Shown here: in pieces, positions 30,979 to 39,788 of the stretch
Layout: every line of letters begins with the position of its first letter
How positions within the stretch are numbered: position 1 is the first letter of the stretch
Source of the DNA: Planctomycetota bacterium
GTDB lineage: Bacteria > Planctomycetota > SZUA-567 > H5-PLA8
Direction of reading: 5' to 3'
Length of the DNA: 64,000 bases
Assembly: GCA_038227875.1 (NCBI GenBank)
Contig: JBBRPR010000014.1
Span: 64,001-128,000, forward strand
Notes under the pieces: generated by a model
What the model was told of the DNA's origin: nothing
Databases searched by the model: none
The model's input: only the letters and a program-made list of their open reading frames with translations
Translations under genes and position numbers: made by a program

Positions 30979-31764
30979 ATGTTCTTCAACCGGCGCGAAT
31001 TTTTGACCTTAGCGGTGGTGATGGCGGGAACGCTGGGAATCAACGGCGCGTCCCGCTTTCACACCTCAGGCGCCGCCGCGGTTTCCGCGATGCCGTCGCC
31101 GGCCATGAACACGCTCCAAACGCAGCTTCAGCCGGGCGATATTGTGTTGTTGCGCCGACGCAGCCTGAGCATCAATGCGTGGGTTCCCGGCTACTGGTCG
31201 CATGTCGCGCTCTATGTGGGAAGTGTGGGTGAGCTCAAAAAACTCGGCCTCGATCACGATCCACGAGTGGCCACCCATCTTGGCGCCTTCGCTGAATCTG
31301 GAGCGGGCGGCCAGCCGCATGTCATGATCGAGGCATTGCTGGAAGGGGTTCGTTTTCATTCGCTGAGCGGATCGTTGCAGAGCACGGAAGCCGTCGCCGT
31401 GCTGCGGCCAAGGCTTCAGCCAGAGCAAATCAACGAAGCCATCGCCCGCGCTTTTACGCATGCGGGCAAGCCGTTTGATCTGGACTTCGATTTCGAGCAC
31501 GACGACAAACTCGCCTGCACGGAATTGGTTTATCGCGCGTACGAGGGTGTGCTTTCACTGCAATTCAGTGATGCCATGGGCCGCCGTGTGATCACGCCGA
31601 CCGAGTTCGCGCGGACCTTTGGATCCGAGCGACTCACGTCATCCCAGCAATTCGATCTGGTTCTGTTCATAGACGGCAGCGTGTTCTCCGCGGAGGCGCG
31701 GCCGGGGCAGCCAGATGCGTTTGTTGAAACGACGCGCCGGCCTGCGGTGGATTGGCCGCGCTAA
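30979..31764 (+). CDS. YiiX/YebB-like permuted NlpC/P60 papain-like amidase, Tat-exported
   Basis: NRREFL Tat motif; LQPGDIVL, WSHVALY (His) precedes LACTELV (Cys); GKPFDLDF. Confidence 0.8.
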   Translation: MFFNRREFLTLAVVMAGTLGINGASRFHTSGAAAVSAMPSPAMNTLQTQLQPGDIVLLRRRSLSINAWVPGYWSHVALYVGSVGELKKLGLDHDPRVATHLGAFAESGAGGQPHVMIEALLEGVRFHSLSGSLQSTEAVAVLRPRLQPEQINEAIARAFTHAGKPFDLDFDFEHDDKLACTELVYRAYEGVLSLQFSDAMGRRVITPTEFARTFGSERLTSSQQFDLVLFIDGSVFSAEARPGQPDAFVETTRRPAVDWPR

Positions 31765-31877
31765 GATTCGGCGGCATAGATCGTCCTGCGCAGGTGCGTT
31801 TCTTGAGTGGTGAAAAATAGCATTTCTGCGCTTCAATGCACACCGTCCCGCACGATCTATCAATCAGGAGGTGTGTT

Positions 31878-32063
31878 ATGAATGTAGGAGCTGTTTCTTC
31901 CGGAGTGACGGGTGCGTTGTCCTCGGCTGGTGATCAGCAGACGACTCTGCTCAAGAAGGCTCAGGACACCGATAAGGATATTGCGTCCCGCCTGCTCGCC
32001 GCCATTCCCCCACCGCCGGATCCGAATTCCGGAGCGGGATCGAAGTTGAATACGTACGCTTAA
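31878..32063 (+). CDS. Small YjfB-like (putative motility) protein, 61 aa
   Basis: AGGAGG RBS; LLKKAQD..ASRLL..GSKLNTYA pattern. Confidence 0.6.
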   Translation: MNVGAVSSGVTGALSSAGDQQTTLLKKAQDTDKDIASRLLAAIPPPPDPNSGAGSKLNTYA

Positions 32064-32363
32064 ACAGCAGGGGTCAGGGGCCAGACGGGTTTAAGCGTAT
32101 TCAGTCAGTGAGCCGCCGCGACGATGTTTGTCGCGGCGGCGAAGCTTTAGGGGCAGATCTTAGCTCTTGGGGCCGCGCCCCCCTTCTCAGGGTCACGCAT
32201 ACCTTTGTGCCCAAAGGCACAAAGGTCCCGTCCCGCCTGCTCGCCGCCATTCCCCCACCACCGGACGTGAATTCCGATGTACGCTTAAACGGCAGGGGTC
32301 AGACGGGTTTAAGCGTATTCAGTCCGTGAGCCGCCGCGACGATGTTTGTCACGGCGGCGAAGC
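31984..32363 (+). repeat. Degenerate direct duplication of the small gene's 3' end and downstream hairpins (31984-32145 vs 32229-32363)
   Basis: Both copies read CGTCCCGCCTGCTCGCCGCCATTCCCCCACC..TACGCTTAAAC..GTTTAAGCGTATTCAGTC.GTGAGCCGCCGCGACGATGTTTGTC.CGGCGGCGAAGC. Confidence 0.9.
32112..32148 (+). terminator. Probable terminator hairpin after the small gene
   Basis: GCCGCCGCGAC-gatgttt-GTCGCGGCGGC; weak U tract. Confidence 0.45.
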
Positions 32364-32452
32364 GAAGCACGGTGTTGATATTTTGTGTTTTGAATGTCTT
32401 GCGCAGTGCTCGAATCAATTTCAACTCAAAACTAAAAACTCACAACTCAAAA

Positions 32453-33835
32453 CTATTTCTGCCTATGCATCTGCGGTCCGCTGCGACTTTTGGATGTCGT
32501 AAACGTCCACTCTTTCTTGAACGGTTTACCGTCGATGTCCGCGGTGGCTTCGGCGACGTAGATCGTGCCGGGCTTCAGCGGAGTTTTGGCGATCAGGCAA
32601 ATCGTGTTCATATTGTCGCCGAACATTTTGTCGGCAGGCTTTTCGGGCGTCGAGACCCAGGCGTCGACGGCGGCTCCGGAGAGGCTGCCTTCGTGAAGCG
32701 TCAGCGCGCCGTTCTTCACTTTCTGGCCATTGGGGAAGGTGATCGTCACGGTCTCGCCGACGCCGCCACTGGGTGTTTCGGGAATGGGGCTGGGGCCTTC
32801 ACGGCCGTTCCAACCGGTGCGGACATTTGTGGCGTCCGGGGGCGGATAGCAGAAGGGCTCTTTCATCGTCACTTTTTTCTTCGGGCCGTCGTGAACGTTG
32901 ACGGTGGTGAACCCATCTCCGTTGTTGATGCCGGTGACGGCCAGGTCGGACTCCAGCATGGAGATGCGATGGAAAAACGTGTCGAGGAGATTGATCACAC
33001 CCGAGCGTGCGTCGCCGGGATTGCCGCTGATCACGCAGCCCATGCCGGCCTTGGCGCCATCGGCGCTGTATTCCGGCGCAGCCTTGTCTTCGACATGGGT
33101 GATGCCGTGCTTGGCCATGTACTTGATGTGAAGCGCGCCAATGCGTTCGAGTTCCGGATCGCGCTTAAGGGGCTGTAGTTTCAGGACCGCGCGGACGCCG
33201 TTGAGCACCGTCAGCGCGCCCTCGGCGCTGCCATCGCCGGAAGCGAGAAGGGCGCCGAAGTCTCCGCCCTTGGAAAACGTGATCGAATTACCCGAGGGCG
33301 AAATCTTTACGCTCCATTCATCGTTGCCGATTTTCACAGGATCGCCCGGATTCAGGACGGTGGTTTTGTCGAGCACCATCTGATCGCCTTCACCGTCAAA
33401 ACGGCCGTCGGAATTCACATCGATCAATGCGATCGGTTTGCCCTGAAACGTGCCGAGGCGCGCCTGGACGCTCACGACAGTGTAGCCGTCGCCTTTCTTA
33501 TCGAGCTTGTAGCGGTAGGAATCGGTGGTGTTGTCGGAGTAAGTGGCGGTGACGTTCCAGATGCCACCGGCGGGCATCAGCTTGGTGCCGTTCATGCCGA
33601 GGTTGACGTACACGCCTTCGGGTGCGACGCGCGCGGTAATGGGCTTGCCGCTGCTGTCGTTGAGAGGGAGCGAGCCATCAAACTTGAGCTCTGTTGGCGT
33701 CTTGATCTGCCAGTCCTTGAGCTCTTCGAAGCTGACGGCGTGCATGGGAACTTTGACGACGTCCTCCGCAGAAGCCGAAGCAACGGCAAAGAAACATAAG
33801 ACGCACACGTGCGTCCGTAAGGCAGTGAACCGCAT
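32453..33835 (-). CDS. Secreted CAP/SCP-domain protein with C-terminal Ig-like domain
   Basis: Signal peptide; DVNSDGRFD; LNGVRAVLKLQPL..H..YM..H.E; FFHRISML; PLKPGTIY..WTFTT. Confidence 0.7.
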   Translation of the reverse strand: MRFTALRTHVCVLCFFAVASASAEDVVKVPMHAVSFEELKDWQIKTPTELKFDGSLPLNDSSGKPITARVAPEGVYVNLGMNGTKLMPAGGIWNVTATYSDNTTDSYRYKLDKKGDGYTVVSVQARLGTFQGKPIALIDVNSDGRFDGEGDQMVLDKTTVLNPGDPVKIGNDEWSVKISPSGNSITFSKGGDFGALLASGDGSAEGALTVLNGVRAVLKLQPLKRDPELERIGALHIKYMAKHGITHVEDKAAPEYSADGAKAGMGCVISGNPGDARSGVINLLDTFFHRISMLESDLAVTGINNGDGFTTVNVHDGPKKKVTMKEPFCYPPPDATNVRTGWNGREGPSPIPETPSGGVGETVTITFPNGQKVKNGALTLHEGSLSGAAVDAWVSTPEKPADKMFGDNMNTICLIAKTPLKPGTIYVAEATADIDGKPFKKEWTFTTSKSRSGPQMHRQK

Positions 33836-34026
33836 AGTTTTCTCCCGCGCGTTAAGGCATGTCGCCAGGAAGGGCGACGTGACGTAAAACTATATACACC
33901 AGATGTAAAAGCCGCGCAGGAAAGTGGAATTATATCTGCACATGAGCGCCGTGCGCGTTGGCGAAAGCGTGCTACACTGTTGCAAATTTGCAGCAGGATC
34001 CGGCCGACTTAGAGGTCTTGAATGTT

Positions 34027-34719
34027 ATGAGTGACGAAGACAAGCCCAATCCCAAACCCAAGGGGCCGCGCGAATATGTGGTCAACACGGAGCGCGAAAA
34101 AGCGACGCGCAAGCCGCGCACGCGCTTCCTATTCAAATTTATCGCGCTGATTCTGGTGCTGCTGATGGGCGCGTGGGGTTGGTATTCTTACAAGAGCGGC
34201 AAGCCCATCGACCTCAGCGACGCCAAGCAGCGTGACGAGACCCTCGACGCAGCGCGCAAGGACGCGGAACTGGCTGCAGCGAAAACCAAAGAGGTTGGCA
34301 CCGAAGCCATTGCGTGGGCGCAACGGAGCCTCGGCGACCTGGCGAAGATCATCAAAGGCAAGCCGCCGGAGACGAAAGAGGAAATCAAAGTGCTCGTCGA
34401 TGAGTCGAAACAAGCCGTGGAGACTGCCAAGCCGGCCACTGCAACCCCGGTGGCTCCGCCTGTCGTGAGCCCCATCGCCGACGCGCAGGCCGAGTACCGC
34501 ATTGGGCAGGAATATTATGCGAAGACCGACCCAATGGCTTCTCAGAAGCAAGTTCAGTCGAATCTGCATCTGGCCGAGCCGCACTTTTCAAAGTGTCTGG
34601 ATCTGCTTGAAGCCGCACGCACGCGAAAAGTAAACGGAGCGGAGATCGATCGGCTGGAACAAGCGGCGGCGCGACGGCTGTACGACTGCCGAAAACGTAT
34701 GGAGTTGCAGCGGAATTAA
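34027..34719 (+). CDS. Hypothetical single-pass membrane protein
   Basis: One TM segment (FKFIALILVLLMGAWGW) followed by a helical domain; ATG 34027. Confidence 0.65.
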   Translation: MSDEDKPNPKPKGPREYVVNTEREKATRKPRTRFLFKFIALILVLLMGAWGWYSYKSGKPIDLSDAKQRDETLDAARKDAELAAAKTKEVGTEAIAWAQRSLGDLAKIIKGKPPETKEEIKVLVDESKQAVETAKPATATPVAPPVVSPIADAQAEYRIGQEYYAKTDPMASQKQVQSNLHLAEPHFSKCLDLLEAARTRKVNGAEIDRLEQAAARRLYDCRKRMELQRN

Positions 34720-34859
34720 CGTCCGAGGCCTCCGAAAATCGGACGGCGCGCCCACCGAAATTCAATCAGTGTCTCGTCTTATAGAGGCATGTCGTTCGCC
34801 TTTCCTTCGCAATTTTAGGAACGCAAATTGCTCAAAGTGGTTCGGTTTTTGGAGCCATC

Positions 34860-35306
34860 ATGGATTCGACCGTTCGCGGCAATGTTCTGGTTGTAGAAGA
34901 CGATCAGGACTGCGGCCATATGATTGTCAGGATTCTCAGCAATGCTGGGTATGGAGTACGATGGGCGCCGACGCGCGAAGCGGCGGTCGCGGCATTGGGT
35001 CGTTATCTTTACGATTACATCATTCTTGATCTGCGCATGCCGGGAATGCCGACGGAAGTGTTTTTGAAAATCGTCGGGGCCTCGTCGCGCGAGATCAACA
35101 TCGTTCTGACCACCGCCGAAACCGACGCTGCTCGCGAAGCCAAGCGGCTGGGGATTGCAAACTTTCTGGGCAAACCATTCATGCCCGAAGATCTGCTGGC
35201 TGTCCTGCGCAAGCTTTCGTCAGGCGTGCGGAAAATTCCCGAAGGATTTCGGCCTCCGCCACCACCAACAACGCCGTCACCCACACCCACGCCCAAATCG
35301 AACTAA
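34860..35306 (+). CDS. Single-domain response regulator with Pro/Thr tail
   Basis: VLVVEDD, ILDLRMPG, T, FLGKPF. Confidence 0.85.
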   Translation: MDSTVRGNVLVVEDDQDCGHMIVRILSNAGYGVRWAPTREAAVAALGRYLYDYIILDLRMPGMPTEVFLKIVGASSREINIVLTTAETDAAREAKRLGIANFLGKPFMPEDLLAVLRKLSSGVRKIPEGFRPPPPPTTPSPTPTPKSN

Positions 35307-36646
35307 AGCACTTTATTTTCGCGCGTGACCTGCGCGTACCATTTGGCGCTGAGCTTGGGCTTTCGTTCCAAGGTATTGAAGTCGGTGTGGTAGATGCCAA
35401 AGCGCTTGCTGTAGCCTTCGGCCCATTCGAAATTGTCCATCAGCGACCAGAGGAAGTAGCCTTTCAGATCGACGCCGTCGGTGGTGGCGCGCTGGGCTGC
35501 TCTCAAATAGGCGCGGAGAAACTCCAGGCGGTCGACGTCGAGGCATTCGCCTTTGGTATTCAACGCATCGAACGCGCAGCAGCCGTTCTCGCTGATGAAC
35601 AACGGCTTCTTTATGAGTTCGCCGACGAAGCGCAGCGTCCAGTACAGGCAGTCGGGTGTGTGCTTGAGCCAGCCGATGTTGTAGGTCGGGTAACTCTCCG
35701 TCATGTCAATGGCTTCCGGTCCGGTGGCCGTGGCGCGGGCGAACGATCCCGAATAAATGTTGAGCGCGACGAAATCGAGCGGCCGGGAAATCTGCGCCAT
35801 GTCGCCGGCTTCCATTTTCGGCGGCGTGACTTTCTGCAGTTCAAACCAGAGCGGATTGTACTGGCCGGTGAGCACCGGGACGAGCATGCCGCCGTTGTTG
35901 ATGTTGAAGCATTTTCGCGCCGCGTCGATGTGTTCGGGCGTTTCCATCACGGGCATGTAGTTGGACGGATTTTCGGCCAGGCCCACGTTGACCTTGCGCG
36001 GCGCGTTGGCGCGGATGGCATCGACACTTAAGCCATGCCCCAGCAGCGCATGATGGATGATCGGGACGAGTCGCTGGTTGTCGACCTTTTCGCCCGGTGC
36101 ATGAATGCCGCGGCCGTAACTGAGCGCCGTGAAGCACACAAATTCGTTGATCGTCATCCAGTTCTCAACGCGGTCGCCGAGCGCCTTGGCGCAAATGCCG
36201 GCGTAACGCGCGAGATCGTAGGCGCTCTGCCGGCCATGCCAGCCGCCGTGCTTTTTGTACGTGGCCTCGGGCATATCCCAGTGGTAGCAGGTCGCGTAGG
36301 GAGTGATGCCGGCTTCGAGCAGCGCGTCGACGAGGCGGCTGTAGAAATCCAACCCCTTCTGATTAACCGCCCCATCGCCGTCGGGAACCACGCGCGGCCA
36401 GGCAATCGAAAAGCGGTACATCGAGACACCGAGGTCCTTCATCAACTGGATGTCTTCTTTGAAGCGATGGTAATGATCGCAGGCGACGTTGCCGGTGTCG
36501 CCGTTCTTCACTTTGCCGACCGTGTGACTGAACGTGTCCCAGACGGAAGGTTTACGGCCATCCTCGTTATGCGCGCCTTCGATCTGGTAACTGGCGGTGG
36601 CGACGCCCCATTTGAAATTGGTCGGGAAAGAAAAGTTGGACGGCAT
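35303..36646 (-). CDS. GH1 beta-glucosidase
   Basis: FKWGVATASYQIEG, YRFSIAWPR, TINE acid/base, ISENG nucleophile, WSLMDNFEW. Confidence 0.95.
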   Translation of the reverse strand: MPSNFSFPTNFKWGVATASYQIEGAHNEDGRKPSVWDTFSHTVGKVKNGDTGNVACDHYHRFKEDIQLMKDLGVSMYRFSIAWPRVVPDGDGAVNQKGLDFYSRLVDALLEAGITPYATCYHWDMPEATYKKHGGWHGRQSAYDLARYAGICAKALGDRVENWMTINEFVCFTALSYGRGIHAPGEKVDNQRLVPIIHHALLGHGLSVDAIRANAPRKVNVGLAENPSNYMPVMETPEHIDAARKCFNINNGGMLVPVLTGQYNPLWFELQKVTPPKMEAGDMAQISRPLDFVALNIYSGSFARATATGPEAIDMTESYPTYNIGWLKHTPDCLYWTLRFVGELIKKPLFISENGCCAFDALNTKGECLDVDRLEFLRAYLRAAQRATTDGVDLKGYFLWSLMDNFEWAEGYSKRFGIYHTDFNTLERKPKLSAKWYAQVTRENKVL

Positions 36647-36747
36647 GCGCTGCTCCTGAAGTTTTGGCTAGAGTCCCCGTGACTGCCAGAGCTAACACGT
36701 ACGTCGGATTTTGAAACCGAAAGCATGAAATTGTTCCACGCGCGAGC

Positions 36748-37587
36748 CTACACCGAGCGGCGGAATTCCGCGGGCGTCTGTCCGGTGACCTGCTTGAACT
36801 GGCGGCTGAAAAAATAGAGATCGCAGTAGCCCAGGCGTTCGGCAATGGCCTTGATCGGCAGGTGTTCGGCCAACAGCGTTTTGGCGAGATCGATGCGCCG
36901 CAGCAGGCGATAGCGGACGGGCGAGACGCCGACCTCCGCAGTGAAGCGTTTACGGAAGCGCTCGTAACTGAGGTGGAATTGATCCGCGATGGCAGGAAGG
37001 TCCAGCTCGCGTTCAAGTTCCTGTTCGAGGAGCGCGGACGCGGAGCGCCCGAAGTTGCCGCCGACGCTCGACAGTCGCTGCGAATCGTGGAGGTCGAGGA
37101 TCTCGGCGATGAGCACATGAATGCGCGCGGTCATGATCGCATCGCTGGGCAGCTGATTGGTGATGAAGTCGTGGATCAAACGATTAAAGGATGCGATCAG
37201 AGTCGGCGCGAGGCCCGGCTTCCACACGGGCTCAGTACGCTTGAGCAGTCCGTCGCGTTCAAGCTGCTGAAAAATGTTGCCTTGGAATGTGACGAACGAT
37301 TCATGCCATTGCGGCGTCGGCCAGTAGCTGTGACGCAGACCGGGGAAGAGGACCAGGACGTCGCCGGGCGCGACAGGGAAGGCGCCGTTCTGAAGATCTT
37401 CGTAGTGGCCGCTGCCGCCGGTGACGTAAACGAGCGCGTATGCCATAAGGTCGCGCTGGTTGGTGAAATTGTCCTGCGGCTTGGCATGAATATGCCCCGC
37501 GGAAATGACGGCGGCGGTCTTCCGATTCAAGGCATGACGGAACCGCGTCTGCGCGGTCATCGGCTTTGGTTTTGGAGGTTTTCGCAC
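36748..37587 (-). CDS. AraC family transcriptional regulator
   Basis: Cupin N-domain plus C-terminal double HTH (IAERLGY..YFFSRQFKQVTG.TP..FR). Confidence 0.9.
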   Translation of the reverse strand: MRKPPKPKPMTAQTRFRHALNRKTAAVISAGHIHAKPQDNFTNQRDLMAYALVYVTGGSGHYEDLQNGAFPVAPGDVLVLFPGLRHSYWPTPQWHESFVTFQGNIFQQLERDGLLKRTEPVWKPGLAPTLIASFNRLIHDFITNQLPSDAIMTARIHVLIAEILDLHDSQRLSSVGGNFGRSASALLEQELERELDLPAIADQFHLSYERFRKRFTAEVGVSPVRYRLLRRIDLAKTLLAEHLPIKAIAERLGYCDLYFFSRQFKQVTGQTPAEFRRSV

Positions 37588-37760
37588 CGCGCATTGCCCT
37601 TCCTGTCAGATACTCAAATGACCATCTAACACAAAACGATGACCAGTCAATCCATTGATGCACAAGCGCCATTGCTGTTTAATGTTACCATGCAGGGGCG
37701 AGACAGCTCCGGTAACCAAAAATCACAACAGCGTCATTTGAACGATGGAGATAAAAAGCG

Positions 37761-38678
37761 ATGGTCGCGACTGCGGAAAAGCTGGTTCTGCCGGTGGGCA
37801 CGCGTCAGATGGAGCTCGGAAAGGACATCTTTCTGCTGCGCGAAAGCAACGACGTGCTCCATGACGTCGAAGCCTTGCGCGCCCGAATGAAGGAAGACGG
37901 CTACCTCTTCATTCGCGGCCTGCACGACAAGGATCAGGTGCTGGCCACCCGCCGCCGCATGCTCGAGAAACTCGCCGAAAACGGTGCGCTCGATCCGAAA
38001 GCGCCGCTGATGGATGCGGTGATCAATACGGCCAATCCGCGCGGCAAATTCTTCGGCGGCACCAATCAGCTCACCACGCTGCCTGAGTTTCAAGAGCTGG
38101 TGAAGTCGCAGCGTTTGATGAATTTCTTCGAACGCTTCCTCGGCGGTCCGGCCCTGACGTTTGATTACAAGTGGCTTCGTGTTGTCTCCAACGGCGATTT
38201 TACCGGTGCGCATTACGACGTCGTCTACATGGGCCGTGGCACGCATAACCTCTACACCACGTGGACGCCGATCGGCGACTGTACGTGGGATCTGGCACCG
38301 CTGGCGGTTTGCTCCGGTTCGCACAAGGACGAGTTCCGCAAACTTCACGACACCTATTGCAAGATGGACGTCGACCGCGACCACGTCCAGGGCTCGTTCT
38401 CCGACGATCCGTACGAGATCAGCGAGAAGTTCGGCGGGCAGTGGCAGACGGCGGAATTCAAAGCCGGCGACGCGCTGGTCTTTGGTATGCACACGCTCCA
38501 CATGTCGCTGAAGCACACCGGTAAGTCGTACCGCATCAGTTCCGATACGCGCTACCAGCTGGCCGCGGATCCCGTGGACGAACGGTGGGTCGGCGAAAAT
38601 CCGAAGGCGCACTACGCCTGGCATAATCCCGAGAAGAACAAGTCGATGGCCGAAGCGCGCAAGGAATGGGGCGTGTAG
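37761..38678 (+). CDS. Phytanoyl-CoA dioxygenase (PhyH) family protein, copy 1
   Basis: EDGYLFIRG, GAHYD (HxD), WTPIGD, AGDAL.F..TLHMS, RISSDTRY. Confidence 0.9.
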   Translation: MVATAEKLVLPVGTRQMELGKDIFLLRESNDVLHDVEALRARMKEDGYLFIRGLHDKDQVLATRRRMLEKLAENGALDPKAPLMDAVINTANPRGKFFGGTNQLTTLPEFQELVKSQRLMNFFERFLGGPALTFDYKWLRVVSNGDFTGAHYDVVYMGRGTHNLYTTWTPIGDCTWDLAPLAVCSGSHKDEFRKLHDTYCKMDVDRDHVQGSFSDDPYEISEKFGGQWQTAEFKAGDALVFGMHTLHMSLKHTGKSYRISSDTRYQLAADPVDERWVGENPKAHYAWHNPEKNKSMAEARKEWGV

Positions 38679-38679
38679 G

Positions 38680-38714
38680 GAATGTCGAAGTCTGAATGTC
38701 GAATGTCGAATTGA
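38680..38714 (+). repeat. Heptamer array (GAATGTC-like) just after the stop codon
   Basis: GAATGTC GAAGTCT GAATGTC GAATGTC GAATTGA. Confidence 0.8.
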
Positions 38715-38731
38715 AAACACGGAGCGACGCA

Positions 38732-39649
38732 ATGGTGACGATCTGCACAAAGAACACGGTCCTGCCGGTGGGCAAGGCGCAGATGGAATTGGGCAAGGAC
38801 ATTCTGCTGCTCCGTGAAAGCAACGACATTCAGCACGATCCCGAAGCGCTGAACGCGCGGATGAAAGAAGACGGGTATCTGTTCATCCGAGGGCTTCACG
38901 CGCGAAACGAAGTTCTCGAAGCGCGCCGGCAGATGCTCGAGAAGCTCGCTGAAAACGGCGCGATCAAGCCGGAAACGGATTTGATGGATGGCGTGATCAA
39001 CACGGAAGCGAAGAGCGGCTTTTTTGGCGGCACAAACCAACTGACGACGCGGCCGGGATTTCAGCACCTGGTGAAATCACCGCGGATCATGGGCTACTTC
39101 GATCAGTTCTTGGGCGAGAAGGCGCTGACGTTCGATTTCAAATGGCTGCGCGTGGTCAGCACCGGCGATTTCACGGGCGCGCATTACGACGTCGTCTACA
39201 TGGGGCGCGGCACGCCGAACCTGTACACCTGCTGGACACCGATCGGCGATACGCCGTTCGAGCTCGGACCGCTGGCCATCTGCGTCGGCTCGCACAAATC
39301 CGAATTCGCGCGGCTGCACGAAACCTACGGCCGGATGGACGTAGATCGCGATCACGTTCACGGCTGGTTCTCCGACGACCCCAAGGAGGTCGTGAATCAG
39401 TTCGGCGGCAAGTGGCACACGGCAGAATTCCAGGCTGGCGACGCGCTGATTTTCGGAATGTACACCATGCATATGTCGCTGAAGCACACCGGCTCGCGCT
39501 ATCGCATTAGCGCGGACACGCGCTACCAGCGCGCCAGCGAAGCGGTGGACGAACGCTGGATCGGCGAAAAGCCGAAAGCGCACTACGCATGGAACAACCC
39601 CGAGAAGAACAAGACGATGGAACAGGCGCGGAAGGAATGGGGCGTGTAG
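38732..39649 (+). CDS. PhyH family dioxygenase, tandem paralog copy 2
   Basis: Same length (918 bp) and same motifs as copy 1; GGAG RBS, ATG 38732. Confidence 0.9.
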   Translation: MVTICTKNTVLPVGKAQMELGKDILLLRESNDIQHDPEALNARMKEDGYLFIRGLHARNEVLEARRQMLEKLAENGAIKPETDLMDGVINTEAKSGFFGGTNQLTTRPGFQHLVKSPRIMGYFDQFLGEKALTFDFKWLRVVSTGDFTGAHYDVVYMGRGTPNLYTCWTPIGDTPFELGPLAICVGSHKSEFARLHETYGRMDVDRDHVHGWFSDDPKEVVNQFGGKWHTAEFQAGDALIFGMYTMHMSLKHTGSRYRISADTRYQRASEAVDERWIGEKPKAHYAWNNPEKNKTMEQARKEWGV

Positions 39650-39708
39650 GAATGTTGAAGAAGTGAATGTCGAATGTCGAATGTCGAAGCGCGCGGAACT
39701 TCGCGCGC
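39650..39708 (+). repeat. Heptamer array followed by a GC hairpin
   Basis: GAATGTT..GAATGTC x3, then GCGCGCG-gaactt-CGCGCGC. Confidence 0.75.
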
Positions 39709-39788
39709 AGTAAATTAGTAGTCTAATCCGACCTACTCAAGCGCCGCCCTATCCTGTAGGGTGGCTGTTCTCTTGAGGGGTCGACGTT

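Noticed and set aside
31833..31860. Possible sigma28 promoter upstream of the YjfB-like gene
   Set aside because: TCAA..CACGATCT is a weak match and the spacing is one base short
32108..32502. Small ORFs across the duplicated region
   Set aside because: They arise from the duplication and hairpins; no RBS or coding bias
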